Assembly: GCF_036588685.1 (NCBI RefSeq)
Contig: NC_086384.1
Coordinates: forward strand, 35,650,001-35,714,000
Length of the DNA: 64,000 nucleotides
Reading direction: 5' to 3'
Source: Mytilus trossulus
Taxonomy: Eukaryota
Both the position numbers and the translations under genes were made by a program. The notes beneath the pieces are model-generated. The model ran no database searches. It saw nothing but the letters and a program-made list of their open reading frames with translations, and had not been told where the DNA came from. Numbering within the stretch: position 1 is the stretch's first letter; every line of letters begins with the position of its first letter. This document shows positions 50,390 to 62,270 of the stretch, piece after piece.

Positions 50390-53070
50390 AGAGGAACGAA
50401 AGATAACAAAGGGACAGTCAGACTCATAAATCTAAATCAAACTGACAACGCCATGGCTAAAAATAAAAAAAGACAAAAAAACAAACAATAGTTCACATGA
50501 CACATTATAGAAAACTAAAGAATAAACAACACGAACCCCACCAGAAAGTAGTGGTGATCTCAGGTACTCCAGAAGAGTAAGCAGATCCTGCTCCACATGA
50601 GGCACCCGTCGTGTTGCTTATCTGATAACAAATCCAGTAAATATTCTAATTTGGTAGGTCACATTCATGAAAGGGAAGGGGATTGTAGTTACGACGTTAG
50701 GAACATATCCGATATCATTTGTACAACGGTTATTCCATAACGGTCAACCAACTCGTAATGGCGTCCGTAAAATTTACGAAGGGATGATTTCAACTTCACC
50801 ATTTGGAACTCTTGGTTTAATAGCTTCCTTGTGAGCAGCAACCCTCTGTCAAGAAAATCATGATAGGAAATGCAAGCACGGGAATATCGTATATCGTATC
50901 AATTGGGAGATATATACCCCGTTTGCAGATGCTTCTGGAATGTTGCTACTTAGAAATAGAAAGTTCACAATTGGAAAGCTGATATCATCTCTTTTGTCGT
51001 AAAGTTTTGTTTTCAACCGATCCCCATTGTCAATTCCTAGATGTAAGTCAAGATATGAAGCCGACTTAACTGTATCTGTAGTATTCTTTACCTCTAGTAC
51101 AATGGGATAGATGCATTCCACATACTAGTAGTCATCAAATTTTGAATTATTTAGTGCAAGAACATCATCTATATAGCGGAGAGGTAAAGTTAAAGAATAT
51201 TGCTAACTTCTTATCTTTCTTCCTAAGAAGTTCCTGCATGAAGTCAGTCTCATAATAATAAAGAAATAAGTCGGCAAGTAGAGGGGTACAGTTTGCTTCC
51301 ATTGGAATCCTGACAGTCTGTTGAAAAATACGTACTTCGAACGTAATAAATATGTTGTCAATCAAGAAATCACGCATCTTGATAATATCAGTTTCAGAGA
51401 GTTTTTGTTTGAATCAGAGTGGTCCTTTACAAAGTAGGATTTATACCTCCCTAAAACAAGATACTTGTATCTACGTTGGCCATTCTTTTTTATGAAGCAA
51501 AGCAATACCAACTCTTTCAATTTGTCTTTTAGTTTAGAATGTGGAATACTTGTGTAAAGAGTAGAAAAGTCAAATGTTTTAATACTGTTACAAGATGAAA
51601 TAGAGTTAGATGGTATGTACTCTAAAAGATCTTTGGAATGTTTAAGAATCCACATCTGATTCACGCCACCTATAGAATAGACAGTTTCACAATAACTTTG
51701 AAGCCGTCTTTGATTGCTGATAAAATAGATGTTAATAATGTAGAAAAAGGTTTCGTGGAGCACTTGGAAGACCCAGCAATATACCGTTGTTTGTAAAGAC
51801 ACTTATGTAGTTTAGGTATCCAATACAGTGATGGGAGATCCAATTCTTCATCTTTGGTTGAAATTCTTAAGGAACATAGAACAGACCTATGATGATCAAG
51901 GAGTTCCTCTTTGGTAAGTGTCGTGAGGGTATATGTTGAGTTTCCAAGTGAATTGTCAATACCTAATTCGTTTATCGAGCAGGTAATGTAATGACTTTTA
52001 CACACAAAAACGATGTTATTTGGCCTTTATCTGCGGGGACGACAATATATTTGTCATGGAGGTCGGATAGGTGTTTTGCAACATTTGTGTCTTTAAAGAT
52101 TGACGTAGCATGGGCATTGATGGACCCATTCAGTTTCTTAATTCTTATTTGTATCAACGACCTTACTGCCTAAATACATTCGGAAAGAGTGTCTACGTCT
52201 TCCTTCTCGCGCTTAGCCAATTGCCTGGCATAAAATTAGACTGAATTCATCAAAATTTTAAAGTTGTATTTCCAATTGATGGATTTAGGCTCACGATATA
52301 TCGGACCTTTAGATAACACATTTCGTAGAGAAGTGTTATTAACAATGTTGAGGTCACTGGTAATAACGTGGCCAGCAGGATTATATGTGAATTGGGAATT
52401 AGCACAAGTGCAATCGAGAGGTTTAGACTTGAAGTCGTCAATATCGAGATCCTGCAAAACGTGTTTGTAATTGAAAATTTGTAGTTGCAATAGGTTTGGT
52501 ATAGGTATAAGAATTGATTGATACAGACTGGTCTTTGAAATAAGGAGGTATTTACGATTGAACTAATTTATGATGAAGGATATTGCATCTGTTGACGCCA
52601 TCGAGACCTTTGTTGGCAAAAGAAATATATAGGAAAGATCTTTTCTCTTTTTCATCTTTTTCAATGCGGACTGACTTGAAAAGTCTGTGACTAGCAATAT
52701 CCGAAATTACAGCTTCAGGTTTGTATTGGTTTGAATGTGGGTTTGTAACAGTGGGTTTCAAACATAAATTGAACAGAGAATGAAGTTTTGAAAGGGGTAA
52801 TGAATAAAGTTTCGTGCGAATGTGATTAATACCTAACGGCTTTTGTATAAATGTCATTTATAGAGACATCATGCAGAGAAGATGATGTATAATGACGATG
52901 GCCATGACCGTCTACGTCGAGGAGTCGAGTTGAAAATATTCATCACATTCACCGAGTTACACGAAGGACTAGATATAATACCTAAACCATCAATTTTTCA
53001 TTGCAACCATAAAGTAGTTCCCAATTGTGTAATCAAGTAGTCTTCTTTTTGTCTACGGAGAGTCGTTGAT
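50390..53070 (-). mobile_element. Penelope-like retroelement with GIY-YIG tail upstream of RT (Naiad-type), 5'-truncated, frameshifted
   Basis: LRRQKEDY.I.QLGT (GIY-YIG C-terminal motif, about 53060-53000) precedes GHVITSDL..KGP.YREP, VPADK, LYWIPKLHK, KTFDFSTLYTSIPH, IPM..NCTPLLADLFL, YIDDV and SYLDL, followed by a T-rich 3' tail. Confidence 0.88.
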
Positions 53071-53874
53071 GTAACATACACAGAAACGAGCTGTAATATA
53101 ACAATGGCCATTTTCCTAACTGTAATATCACTCCATGACTGACAGTTGAAATCATTTACCAGAAAAGGATATTAATATCTTTCCAAGTCAAATATTAATT
53201 GGAATGAGTTTCGTAAAATCATCCACGACTTGCTCCGTACTCGTTGCAACAAATTGATAAAACGAATAAAAGGCGAGAAAAAAATCTAAGATTCATTTTT
53301 TTTAATTTAGTAATGACTTAATTTATTTTCGAATTAAACAACTATATTGTTTTTAATTCTAAAATTTTAAATCATAATAGCCTTATTTCTCGTATCAAAA
53401 ATAAGCTAAATGAACTCGTCAATGAATTTGTTATTGTCCAGGCTGATAAGACAGCCAATAATGCAAAAGGAAATAATAAATTTACGTATATACCAACTGA
53501 CTCCATTTTCGGAAAATGACATCTGTGACGAATGTAAACTGTCTATTTTACCTACTAGTACTTTTGCTACAATTAAAAACCCTAGTAACTTAGTGTTCAA
53601 ATAATTCCATAAAAAATATTGATATTAATATGTTAGTCGTGTCAAACAGCAGGCTCATATTGGTGATCTCTAGGTTTGGATTTTTCTACTCTAAATACCA
53701 CTTTGCCTCATAACCTCATTTAAAAGAAAGAAAAGGTAACACAACTAATCAAAGGGGTATTTGATGCGAATGTGTATATTTAAATTTTAGATAATTTTAA
53801 GTAACAACAGACAAAAGAGCTATGGCAATTGAACCTGTTTTGATACATTAACTGCGCTTGAATGTTTAAACTCT

Positions 53875-54092
53875 TAATTTTTTGAAAAACTAAGGATTTT
53901 CATACATCAGACATAGATTACCTTAACCGTTTTTGGCACAATTTTTTGGAATTTCGGGTCCATCAATTCTATTCAGCTTTGTACTTTTTGGCTTTATAAC
54001 TATTTTGATCTGAGCGTCACTGATGAGACTTATGTAAACAAAACGCACGTATGGCGTAAAAAAAATATATTTCTGGTTCTTTTGATAACTAT
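53875..54092 (+). mobile_element. Retrozyme fragment with degenerate hammerhead
   Basis: GCGTCA CTGATGA GACTTATGTAAAC AAAA CGCAC GTA TGGCGT; flanks homologous to 13940-14155. Confidence 0.65.
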
Positions 54093-54229
54093 TTGCTGGA
54101 TACCATTTGTGTTCGCTCTGGAGATTTCGTTTGTCGTCTATCTATCATACTGGTAATGGGGACTTACAGTGCACCACTTATTGTGGGCCTGTTTCTGTGT
54201 TGTAACGAGTGCAAAATTATTACTAAAAT

Positions 54230-54640
54230 TAGCAAAGCCCATCTAAACAAGCTCTGATAAAAATTTCAATAACACTTTAAAATATTTCAATGTTATCTTT
54301 ACCCTCAATAAAGACGACTTTAATATGAACACTGCAGAGATTTATCCTGCTGAACTGACGTTAAAAAACACTTATACTAACAATGAACATACCTCTTTTC
54401 TGGATAGTTATATTAAAACCTTAGTATTCAGATTTTCGATAAAATAGGCGGTTTTTCCTTTCCTATTATTAATTATCAATTTTTGATGCATATGGTGACG
54501 TTCCATTGTCAATATTTTAAATTTTTGTATATTTCCATTTGCGTGTGTCTTTCACAAGGTATTTGATTGTAACGAAAGAAATATCTGTATTACCGAAAAA
54601 ATATTACAACAGTATTTTTTATATCAGAAACTTTGCCATT
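54230..54640 (+). mobile_element. Degraded RT fragment of the second Penelope-like family
   Basis: EIYPAELTL and SFLD; antiparallel homology to 56200-56590. Confidence 0.6.
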
Positions 54641-54784
54641 AGTTTAGAAACTTTCCGTTTTGAATTTTCCCCGGAGTTCAGTACTTTTTTTATTTTACAT
54701 TTTGAATTAAAACGGCCGTTATAGTTTGAATTGTTTTATATTTTTTAAATAGGGTCAATTTATACACTATCACGTATTTGTTGT

Positions 54785-55023
54785 CAAAGACCATACAGTG
54801 ACCAACAGGTACAATTTCTTTTTTCAAAGACCATACAGTGACCAACAAGTACAATTTCCTTTCTCAAAGACCATACAGTGACCAACAAGTACAATTTCTT
54901 TTTTCAAAGACCATACAGTGACCAACAAGTACAATTTCTTTTTTTAAGACCATACAGTGACCAACAGGTACAATTTCTTTTTTTAAGACCATACAGTGAC
55001 CAACAGGTACAATTTCTTTTTTC
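54785..55023. repeat. 39/40-bp tandem repeat x6
   Basis: AAGACCATACAGTGACCAACARGTACAATTTCTTTTTT(C)A repeated. Confidence 0.95.
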
Positions 55024-55304
55024 AATAACCAATGATCAAACAAATAATCATCAGTCGGATAAAGCTGGCATAACCATGACTTCGGATGGACGTATTCAAA
55101 TAGAAAATATCATATAAAAACCAGTGCAGGAAAAACAATTGACTTAAGAATAAAAAACCGAGTAATAAAACAATCAGCTATCACTTTAAATTACAAAGAA
55201 ACGCATCAAAGAATTCTCGCAGTTACCATGGCTACTGTAAATTAGCTCACGGAACTTACACTTGTTGGTAGGAAATTTCACCGGTAAAACTCAATAAAAT
55301 TGAA

Positions 55305-57085
55305 ACAAAGAGACAACAACCCGACCATAGAAACAAACAACAGCAGAAGGTCACTAACAGGTCTTCAATGTAGCGATAAATTCCCGCACCCAGAGTCGTC
55401 CTTCAGCTGGTCCCTAAACAAATATATACTAATTCAGTGATAATGAACGCCATACTTATTTCCACATTATACACAAGAACCTAAAAGTAAAATAGTACAA
55501 GACTAACAAAGGCCAGAGGCTCCGGACAGGCGCAAATATGCCGCGGGGTTTAACATGTGTATGAAATCTCAACCCTCATCCAATACCTCTAACCAATGTA
55601 GAGGAGTAAACGCATAACTATACGCACATTTAAAGTTCAGTTGAAGAGAAGTCCGAATCTGATGTCAGAAGATGTAACCAAAGAAAATAAACAAAATGAC
55701 AATAATACATAAATAACAACAGACAACTGTTAACTGATATGCTAGCTCCAGACTTTAATTTAACTGATTGAAAGATTATTATTTCATCATATAAATATAT
55801 CAAGCACAATCCTTCCTGTTGGGGGTTTAATTCATACCATCATAACATATGTGAGAAGAGCATATCCCGTTGCATGCCAACAACTGGTTTTTGAATAAAT
55901 GTGTTTAGTTCCGATGACAAGACCCTATAAGTGAATCAATATTTACGCCAAAATATGCAATCTTTAATGACCTGGTAACAGTCTCTTAACTATATCCCTT
56001 CTTAATAAGTCTATTTTAAGGTTTTGTTAGTTTCTGAGGTGAATACTCAGCTTTTTGTGCTTAATAAAGAATATTTCCATAAAAGGTTGGATGTGAAATA
56101 CCTGAACGTATAAGAAGTCTGCATGTTGAGCTATATTTACGAATCATGTCCTTATACCGATGATAAAATTTAGTAAATGTTTTGACTAGTTTGTTATATC
56201 AAAAACCCTGGTGTAATAATTTTTCAGTAATGCATAAATTTCTCTCGTTAAAATCTAAAACATTGTTACATACATGAGCGAATCGTACAAGTTGAGATAT
56301 GTAAACACCGTAAGATGATGCCAAGGGAACATCACCATCTATAAACGGATAGTTAACAATAGGAAATGAAAAATCATCTCTCTTATCATAAATTCTAGTA
56401 TTAAGCTTTCCGTTAGTGATATAGATATCAATATCGAGGAAAAGGCGGTGGTCATTGGTAGTGTTAGATTTATTTAAAGTAACTTCAACAGGATAAATTT
56501 CTTATGTATACATACTGAAGTCGTCATTATTGAGAGCCAAAATATCATCCAAATATCTAAAAGTATTATTAAATTTGTTTATCGGATGTTGTTTCGATGA
56601 GTCTTTGCTGATTTTTGTCATCAAAATTTAACAAAAACAGGTCCGCAATAAGTGATGCACAGTTATAGTCCCCATTAGAATTTCGATAACCTGACGATAT
56701 ACGGAATCTCCAAAGCGAAAAAAAAATGTTATCTGGTAAAAATTCAAGGGCATATATAGTATCAAAGCATGTCCAATTGACATAGGTTTTTTTTGTTTAT
56801 TGATAATAAAAAATGACCTAAAAAAGTTTGAACATATATATTCACATTCTGACTTTTTAAATGCCCATTTTATTAGGTGTGTGAGTTTTTTCTTAATGAG
56901 AATGTGAGGCAATGTTGTATACAGGGTAGAAAAATCAAAATTTTGAACAGATTCAAAATCACCAATATAAGCATGCAATTTACCAAGTACTTCCAACGAG
57001 TTCTTGATACTCCAAAAGTAATTCATGCCACTATTTTCGAAGGCCTTATATCTATATTTGTAATGTGTTTTGTGTAACTTCGAAA
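55305..57085 (-). mobile_element. Second Penelope-like family, RT plus long 3' tail, degraded
   Basis: WSIKNS, FDFSTLYTTLPH, YRQVI.I.MGT, FRYLDDIL, FLDIDI, YDKRDDF, SQLVRFA motifs. Confidence 0.85.
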
Positions 57086-57171
57086 GCTTCAAGATCGTTT
57101 GCAGTAATTCAGACATAAACATTAAAGTATATTAATAAATTCAGTTTAATGTTTTGAAAATTAATACTTAC

Positions 57172-57300
57172 CGTTGACGGAAACATATGTCTCTCACTAA
57201 CTGACACCCTCATCTTTCCCTCCATTTTTTCTGGCATACAACATGAATAGGCTTGAGCAACCAATTCCGTAATACACATCACAATTAAATATGCCTCCAT
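57172..57300 (-). CDS. EPDR-C exon 1
   Basis: MEAYLIVMCITELVAQAYSCCMPEKMEGKMRVSVSERHMFPST|GTAAGT. Confidence 0.8.
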
Positions 57301-58235
57301 ACTTCGTGTTATAAATATTTCTAACAACTACTACATACGGTTACAAGTATAATACAAATAGCACATAATGATGCTGGCTCTAGTTTAATTGAAGTACCGA
57401 ACTAAGTGTTTATTAAAATGGTCATGTTGATGGATAACGGATATAATTACTATGTTATATAACTTTAAATTTAAGTGTCATTTTGAAAGATATATAGGAC
57501 TTACGTTTTATTTTAAAAGAATGTTGTGAAGTTGCAACTTCCTGACTCAATTATACATGTATTACATTTCAAACATAATGCAATACTTTAAGCTAAGTAC
57601 TGTTATCAGCGGAACAAAGACGCCATTCGTAAAATTAATATAAATCAACATGCAAACAGCTTGTATATGTTATATACGTTCAGCTTTCTTTTATATCCAA
57701 TCTGTTACGGCACAATTCTAAACAAATCATGAAAATGGCGTCATTCATTTCAAAAGCTAAGCAAACCGTTAAAAGGACTTATTCAAAAGGGATAACAATA
57801 CTGTTTTCAGCTCATTAACAATGACATTGTTTTGGTAGTATTGTGTATTTTCATCAGTTATAAACACATTTATTGGTATATATGATGAGTTTATTCACTT
57901 GTATTTAGTTTGACATATAATATCTACGACATTTTTAAAGTTAAGTGCTTGGTACGAACTATTTGAAAAGTTTCAATTTTATTGATACGAATTTAATGTA
58001 AAATACAAAATGTTTAAGAAATGCACGTGTTTGTTAATTTAAAATGAAGATCTGTTGTATCTCTATTTCTTACATTTGTATCTATTATGTCTGATTGTTT
58101 TGTTCACGCATCGTTGTCAATATAAAAGAATTTGATGCGACTATCATAAAAGTGAGAAGTTTAACTAGCTATAAAACCAGGTTAAATCCATCATGATAAT
58201 TGTCATAAGAAAATAACTGTCGCAATAGTTTGCAG

Positions 58236-58710
58236 AGGTACCAGGCTTATAACCTAATACGACCAACGCGCGTTTCGTATACATCAGACTCACTCAGATA
58301 AAAAAAAATATGAACAAGTACAAAGTTGAAATTTCTAGCTAGTATGGCTAATGTTTTATATTGATGGGATAAGAAAATCCTTAGTGTTTCAAATAATTCA
58401 TATTTTTGCAAGCTAAATTTTATAAAAATTACCATTTAATTGATATTCAAGGCAACACCGGAGCGCTGACTTCTGAGCTGGTAATACCTTCGATGAAGAA
58501 ACATACCCCAGCAGTGACATCGACCCAGTGGTGTAAATAGTTATCACTATAACTTAATGAGCCAGAAGCGCGTTTTGTGTACTAAAGACTTATCAGTCAG
58601 GCTCTGACCCAAACAGGTAGAAGGCCAAACAAGTACAAAGTTGAAGAGCATTAATGAACCAAAATACCAAAACTTTGTGCCAAATACGGCTAAGGATATC
58701 TATATCAAGG
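58236..58710 (-). mobile_element. Tandem retrozyme relic with two degenerate hammerheads
   Basis: Hammerhead remnants at about 58258-58295 and 58560-58605; the body is homologous to 41901-42310. Confidence 0.65.
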
Positions 58711-59367
58711 CAGGAATATGACAGTTGTTATCAGTTAGGGTGATGTGTTTTAACAGTTTGATTTTGCCAATTGATAAGGGATTTGAATTTCCCTCGGAAT
58801 TCAGTATATTTTGGAACTTCAATTTTAACTGTACTGCTTATGCAACTATACTAATCTTATAATTACTTTTATTTTATTTTGTTAACTTATAAGTGTTGAT
58901 TGTATAGTATGGCTCTATTCTTGTGAAATTAAAATGTCTTATGTGTTCATGAATATAACGCCAAATGGGCGTTTAATTAAGTTCGAACTTGTAGTTCAGT
59001 CTTTTACGAAATTAGCGAATATATACATTCAAAACACGAAAGAGCTAATTTCAGAATTACAATATAGAGACGGAATTTACTCACAATTAAACATTATACA
59101 ACCTCACGAAATTATTTTACAAAACAAGATGCAATCTTAAGCAATACAAATGAGAATGTCAAAGAGACAACAAACCAACCGAACAGCAGAAAACAACACA
59201 ATTGATATAAGAAGATGTGGTATGAGTGCCAATGAGACTACTCTCCATCCAAGTCACAATTTGTAAATGAAAAACCGTTAAAAGCCTAAGTACAGTCTTT
59301 GGCACGGAGATTTGCTCACGTCGAACAGTAAGCTATAAAGGGCCTCCAAAAATAACTAGTGTAAAAG

Positions 59368-60533
59368 TGTAACGAAAATCGGTCATAGTTTATTTATTTT
59401 GATGTGAAATACCAGTTGTCTTTCCCTATTAGTTGTGTTTCTATAGGTTTATAAGTTTCTCCATGGTTGAAGCACCATCTTTTACTTCAAACACTCCTAA
59501 TTTTGGTATAGTCTTGATTTTAACCCTTCACTTATAATGGACCATTCAATATGGTAGTATATAAACCAGCTCAAGACAGAGAAAGTTTGTCAGTTTTATG
59601 TGGACCGTTGAAGTGATAACATCAGGATTAAATATTCCAACTGGTAAGTCGAGTGAAATAAATGATTCCAAAGGATATATAAATAGTGTTCGGATTTATA
59701 TGTGGATGTTGCAATAGTGATTGTGATACAATGTATAAAGTGAATCTGATATATATATAAGTGATTTGTATTTATGAGAATACAAGGTGTATACTTGCTG
59801 GTGTTGCAAGTTGTACTATGTGGAAGTGTGAATACTTCATAGATTTGTATTAGTGAGAATACAAGGTGTTTACTTGCTGGTGTTGCAAGTTGTAATATTG
59901 TGGAAGTGTATTCGTGAAAGTGCACTGTGTTAAACCTTACCAGTTGGATAATATTCATTATGTGTGAACTCAATGAGATAGTTAGTGCCTGAGTTCAGCT
60001 GTGTTTATATGTATATTCCTTGTGAATTGAAGGATTTGTGCATGTGTAAATGTGTCATAGTGTTATTGTGGTTAGTTGCAGATTAACAAGGTGAAATAAA
60101 TATTGGTGGACGTTGTAAATAGAAGTTGTATTTATGTGATTTTGTGTTCATACATTTTGAGTGTAACTAACTTGATGCATGTTGCAAAGTAATCTGTTGG
60201 TGACATGGTGTAATAAAGGGCCGTATGCATGTTGCATAATAATCTGTTAGTGACATTGTGAATAAATCGGTATGATACATTTTGCATAGTGATTGCATAG
60301 TGATATTGTGTATATATATTCTGTTATGAAACATTGTGTCTGTGCATTGTGAATAAGGTATTTTTCCTTGCATTTTGATTTATGTGCATTGTGCTGTGTA
60401 TATATTTTTCATTGTGAATCCATTTATGAATGTGTTGGATAGGACAACTTGTTGTGGTGCAAATTGTAGTTGAACACTTGAAATCTTGATTAATTCAGAT
60501 ACGGATCCATTGATCGCCCGGTTACACGTTACA
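59368..60533. mobile_element. Solo LTR (Ty3/Gypsy-like), 1166 bp
   Basis: TGTAACG...CGTTACA termini with a 4-bp TSD (AAAG/AAAC); it splits a repeat that is contiguous at 12427-12620. Confidence 0.75.
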
Positions 60534-62270
60534 AAACCATTCAAACGGGTAAACCATCGGTTTCATCTACTAGTATATACAAAAGCCACAACACAAATCG
60601 GTCTATTTTTATAATTGTATTGATTGACGTCCTTTACTTGACCGGCTAATAACATATATGATCTACAAATAATGCTTCATAGCAAGATATGGTGAATTTC
60701 TAGACATATCTTATATAATGCGCATCTGGTGCAAAAAAAATGGTACCGTTAATTTTATTATAAGGTCTGATATAAAACAAATTTACAGTAGGTTATCAGG
60801 ATTCTCTTTACCAAGCAAATAATCATTACTATTTTGATCCTTAAAAACCGCCCCCTCTTTGAACGAACATAGTCATTTGAATATAAAGAGGTTTAAAACC
60901 GTTAAAGTATAAGCTTATGATAAGCATTAACTTGGTACTGCAATAGTAGTAGTAATAATAATGCGGTATGGATTTTACTCATTGTTGAATGCCGTACGGT
61001 GACCTATAGTTGTAAGTGTCTGTGTAATGTCGTCTTTTTGGAGAGTTGTCTCATTGGCAATCACACCATGTGATTTTTTGGCAAAGATCTATGGCAAAGA
61101 ATTGACGCATACATAGAACGACTATTAAGTTATTTATTTCTATTGTTTGTGTTTATTTTCTTTTTTCAAATAATATTTTCTTTTTTATTATTTTGCTTGT
61201 TAATTTTGTTCTTGTTTCTTGTCCTATTCAATCAAGATGTTATAATGTTTACAAAACATTTTCACAAGTGATTTATTTTGACCTCATTTGAACCATATGT
61301 ACTGATCAATATACATATCACGTGATATGAAAGGTCGTGACCACTTTAACATTGACTGGCCTGATAAAAGTAAACAAATAAACAGTTTATTGTGTGAAAT
61401 TTACATAGTATAGTCGGTTCAAATATTAACTAAGGTTTGTGGTTTATCATTATTTTTGGTGAAGGCTTGCATTGTGTTGCAGTTATTTTATAATGTATAT
61501 ATTGATAATTCTTGGTTTCATCACAGGTAGAAATATCTATAAAACAACATTTCTTCAACTGCGTTCTATCAATAAGATGTAAGAATATATAGGTCATATG
61601 TCATGTGTATGTATACTTCTGATTCAGTACATTGAGATGTCTCAGGTGACGGTTAATGATATGTGTATATAGTCCGTCCCATTAGAACATAGTTTAAACA
61701 TACTGTACGAGCACAGTCTTGGCCGTATTACTAAATGTCTGTTTTTGTTGATTACAAAATTTATAACCACGGAAATCTATATGAAAAATTAAAAGTAAAA
61801 AATCGATATATATAATATGGTATATATATATAGCAAGCCGTTTTGTTGTTTATTTTTTACTTCAAGATATCCCATGAACTTTATAAGATATCTCATGTAG
61901 GCCATGACAATATTATATAAATATGAGTCGTCATTCAACTAAAATCGGAATTTTATCTTACAAATATCTTGAAAACTATAACATGTATATATAATATATA
62001 GAAGAGACTGTCCGGTGAGCAATGAATGGTTTTAGAATTTCTGTTAATATTTGTCAGTAATTCATTTTTATACGATCTTTCTTTTCCGATCTTTCTATTC
62101 CGAAAATGAATACTTTAATTAACACAACTGATATATTTTGCACACCAACATTTCTTTAAGTATAACTGATTGGTTGTTTTTTTTGATAGATGTCAACCGT
62201 TTGTCTTAACTGTACTTCACTGCACTTTTAATTCTTTCCATTAATTACATTTAATATATTTCAGCTGAAC

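Larger units (their letters stand above)
44926..57300 (-). pseudogene. Ependymin-related protein (EPDR-C), 4 exons, 193 codons, single in-frame TAG at codon 134
   Basis: join(57300-57172, 48383-48270, 47537-47453, 45179-44926); same intron positions and phases as EPDR-A. TAG at 45108-45106 in GQMT*SVTKTKC aligns with GQMTMSLTTKDC. The frame continues to GITDPSVFEIPKIC...CSTK*. Confidence 0.8.
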
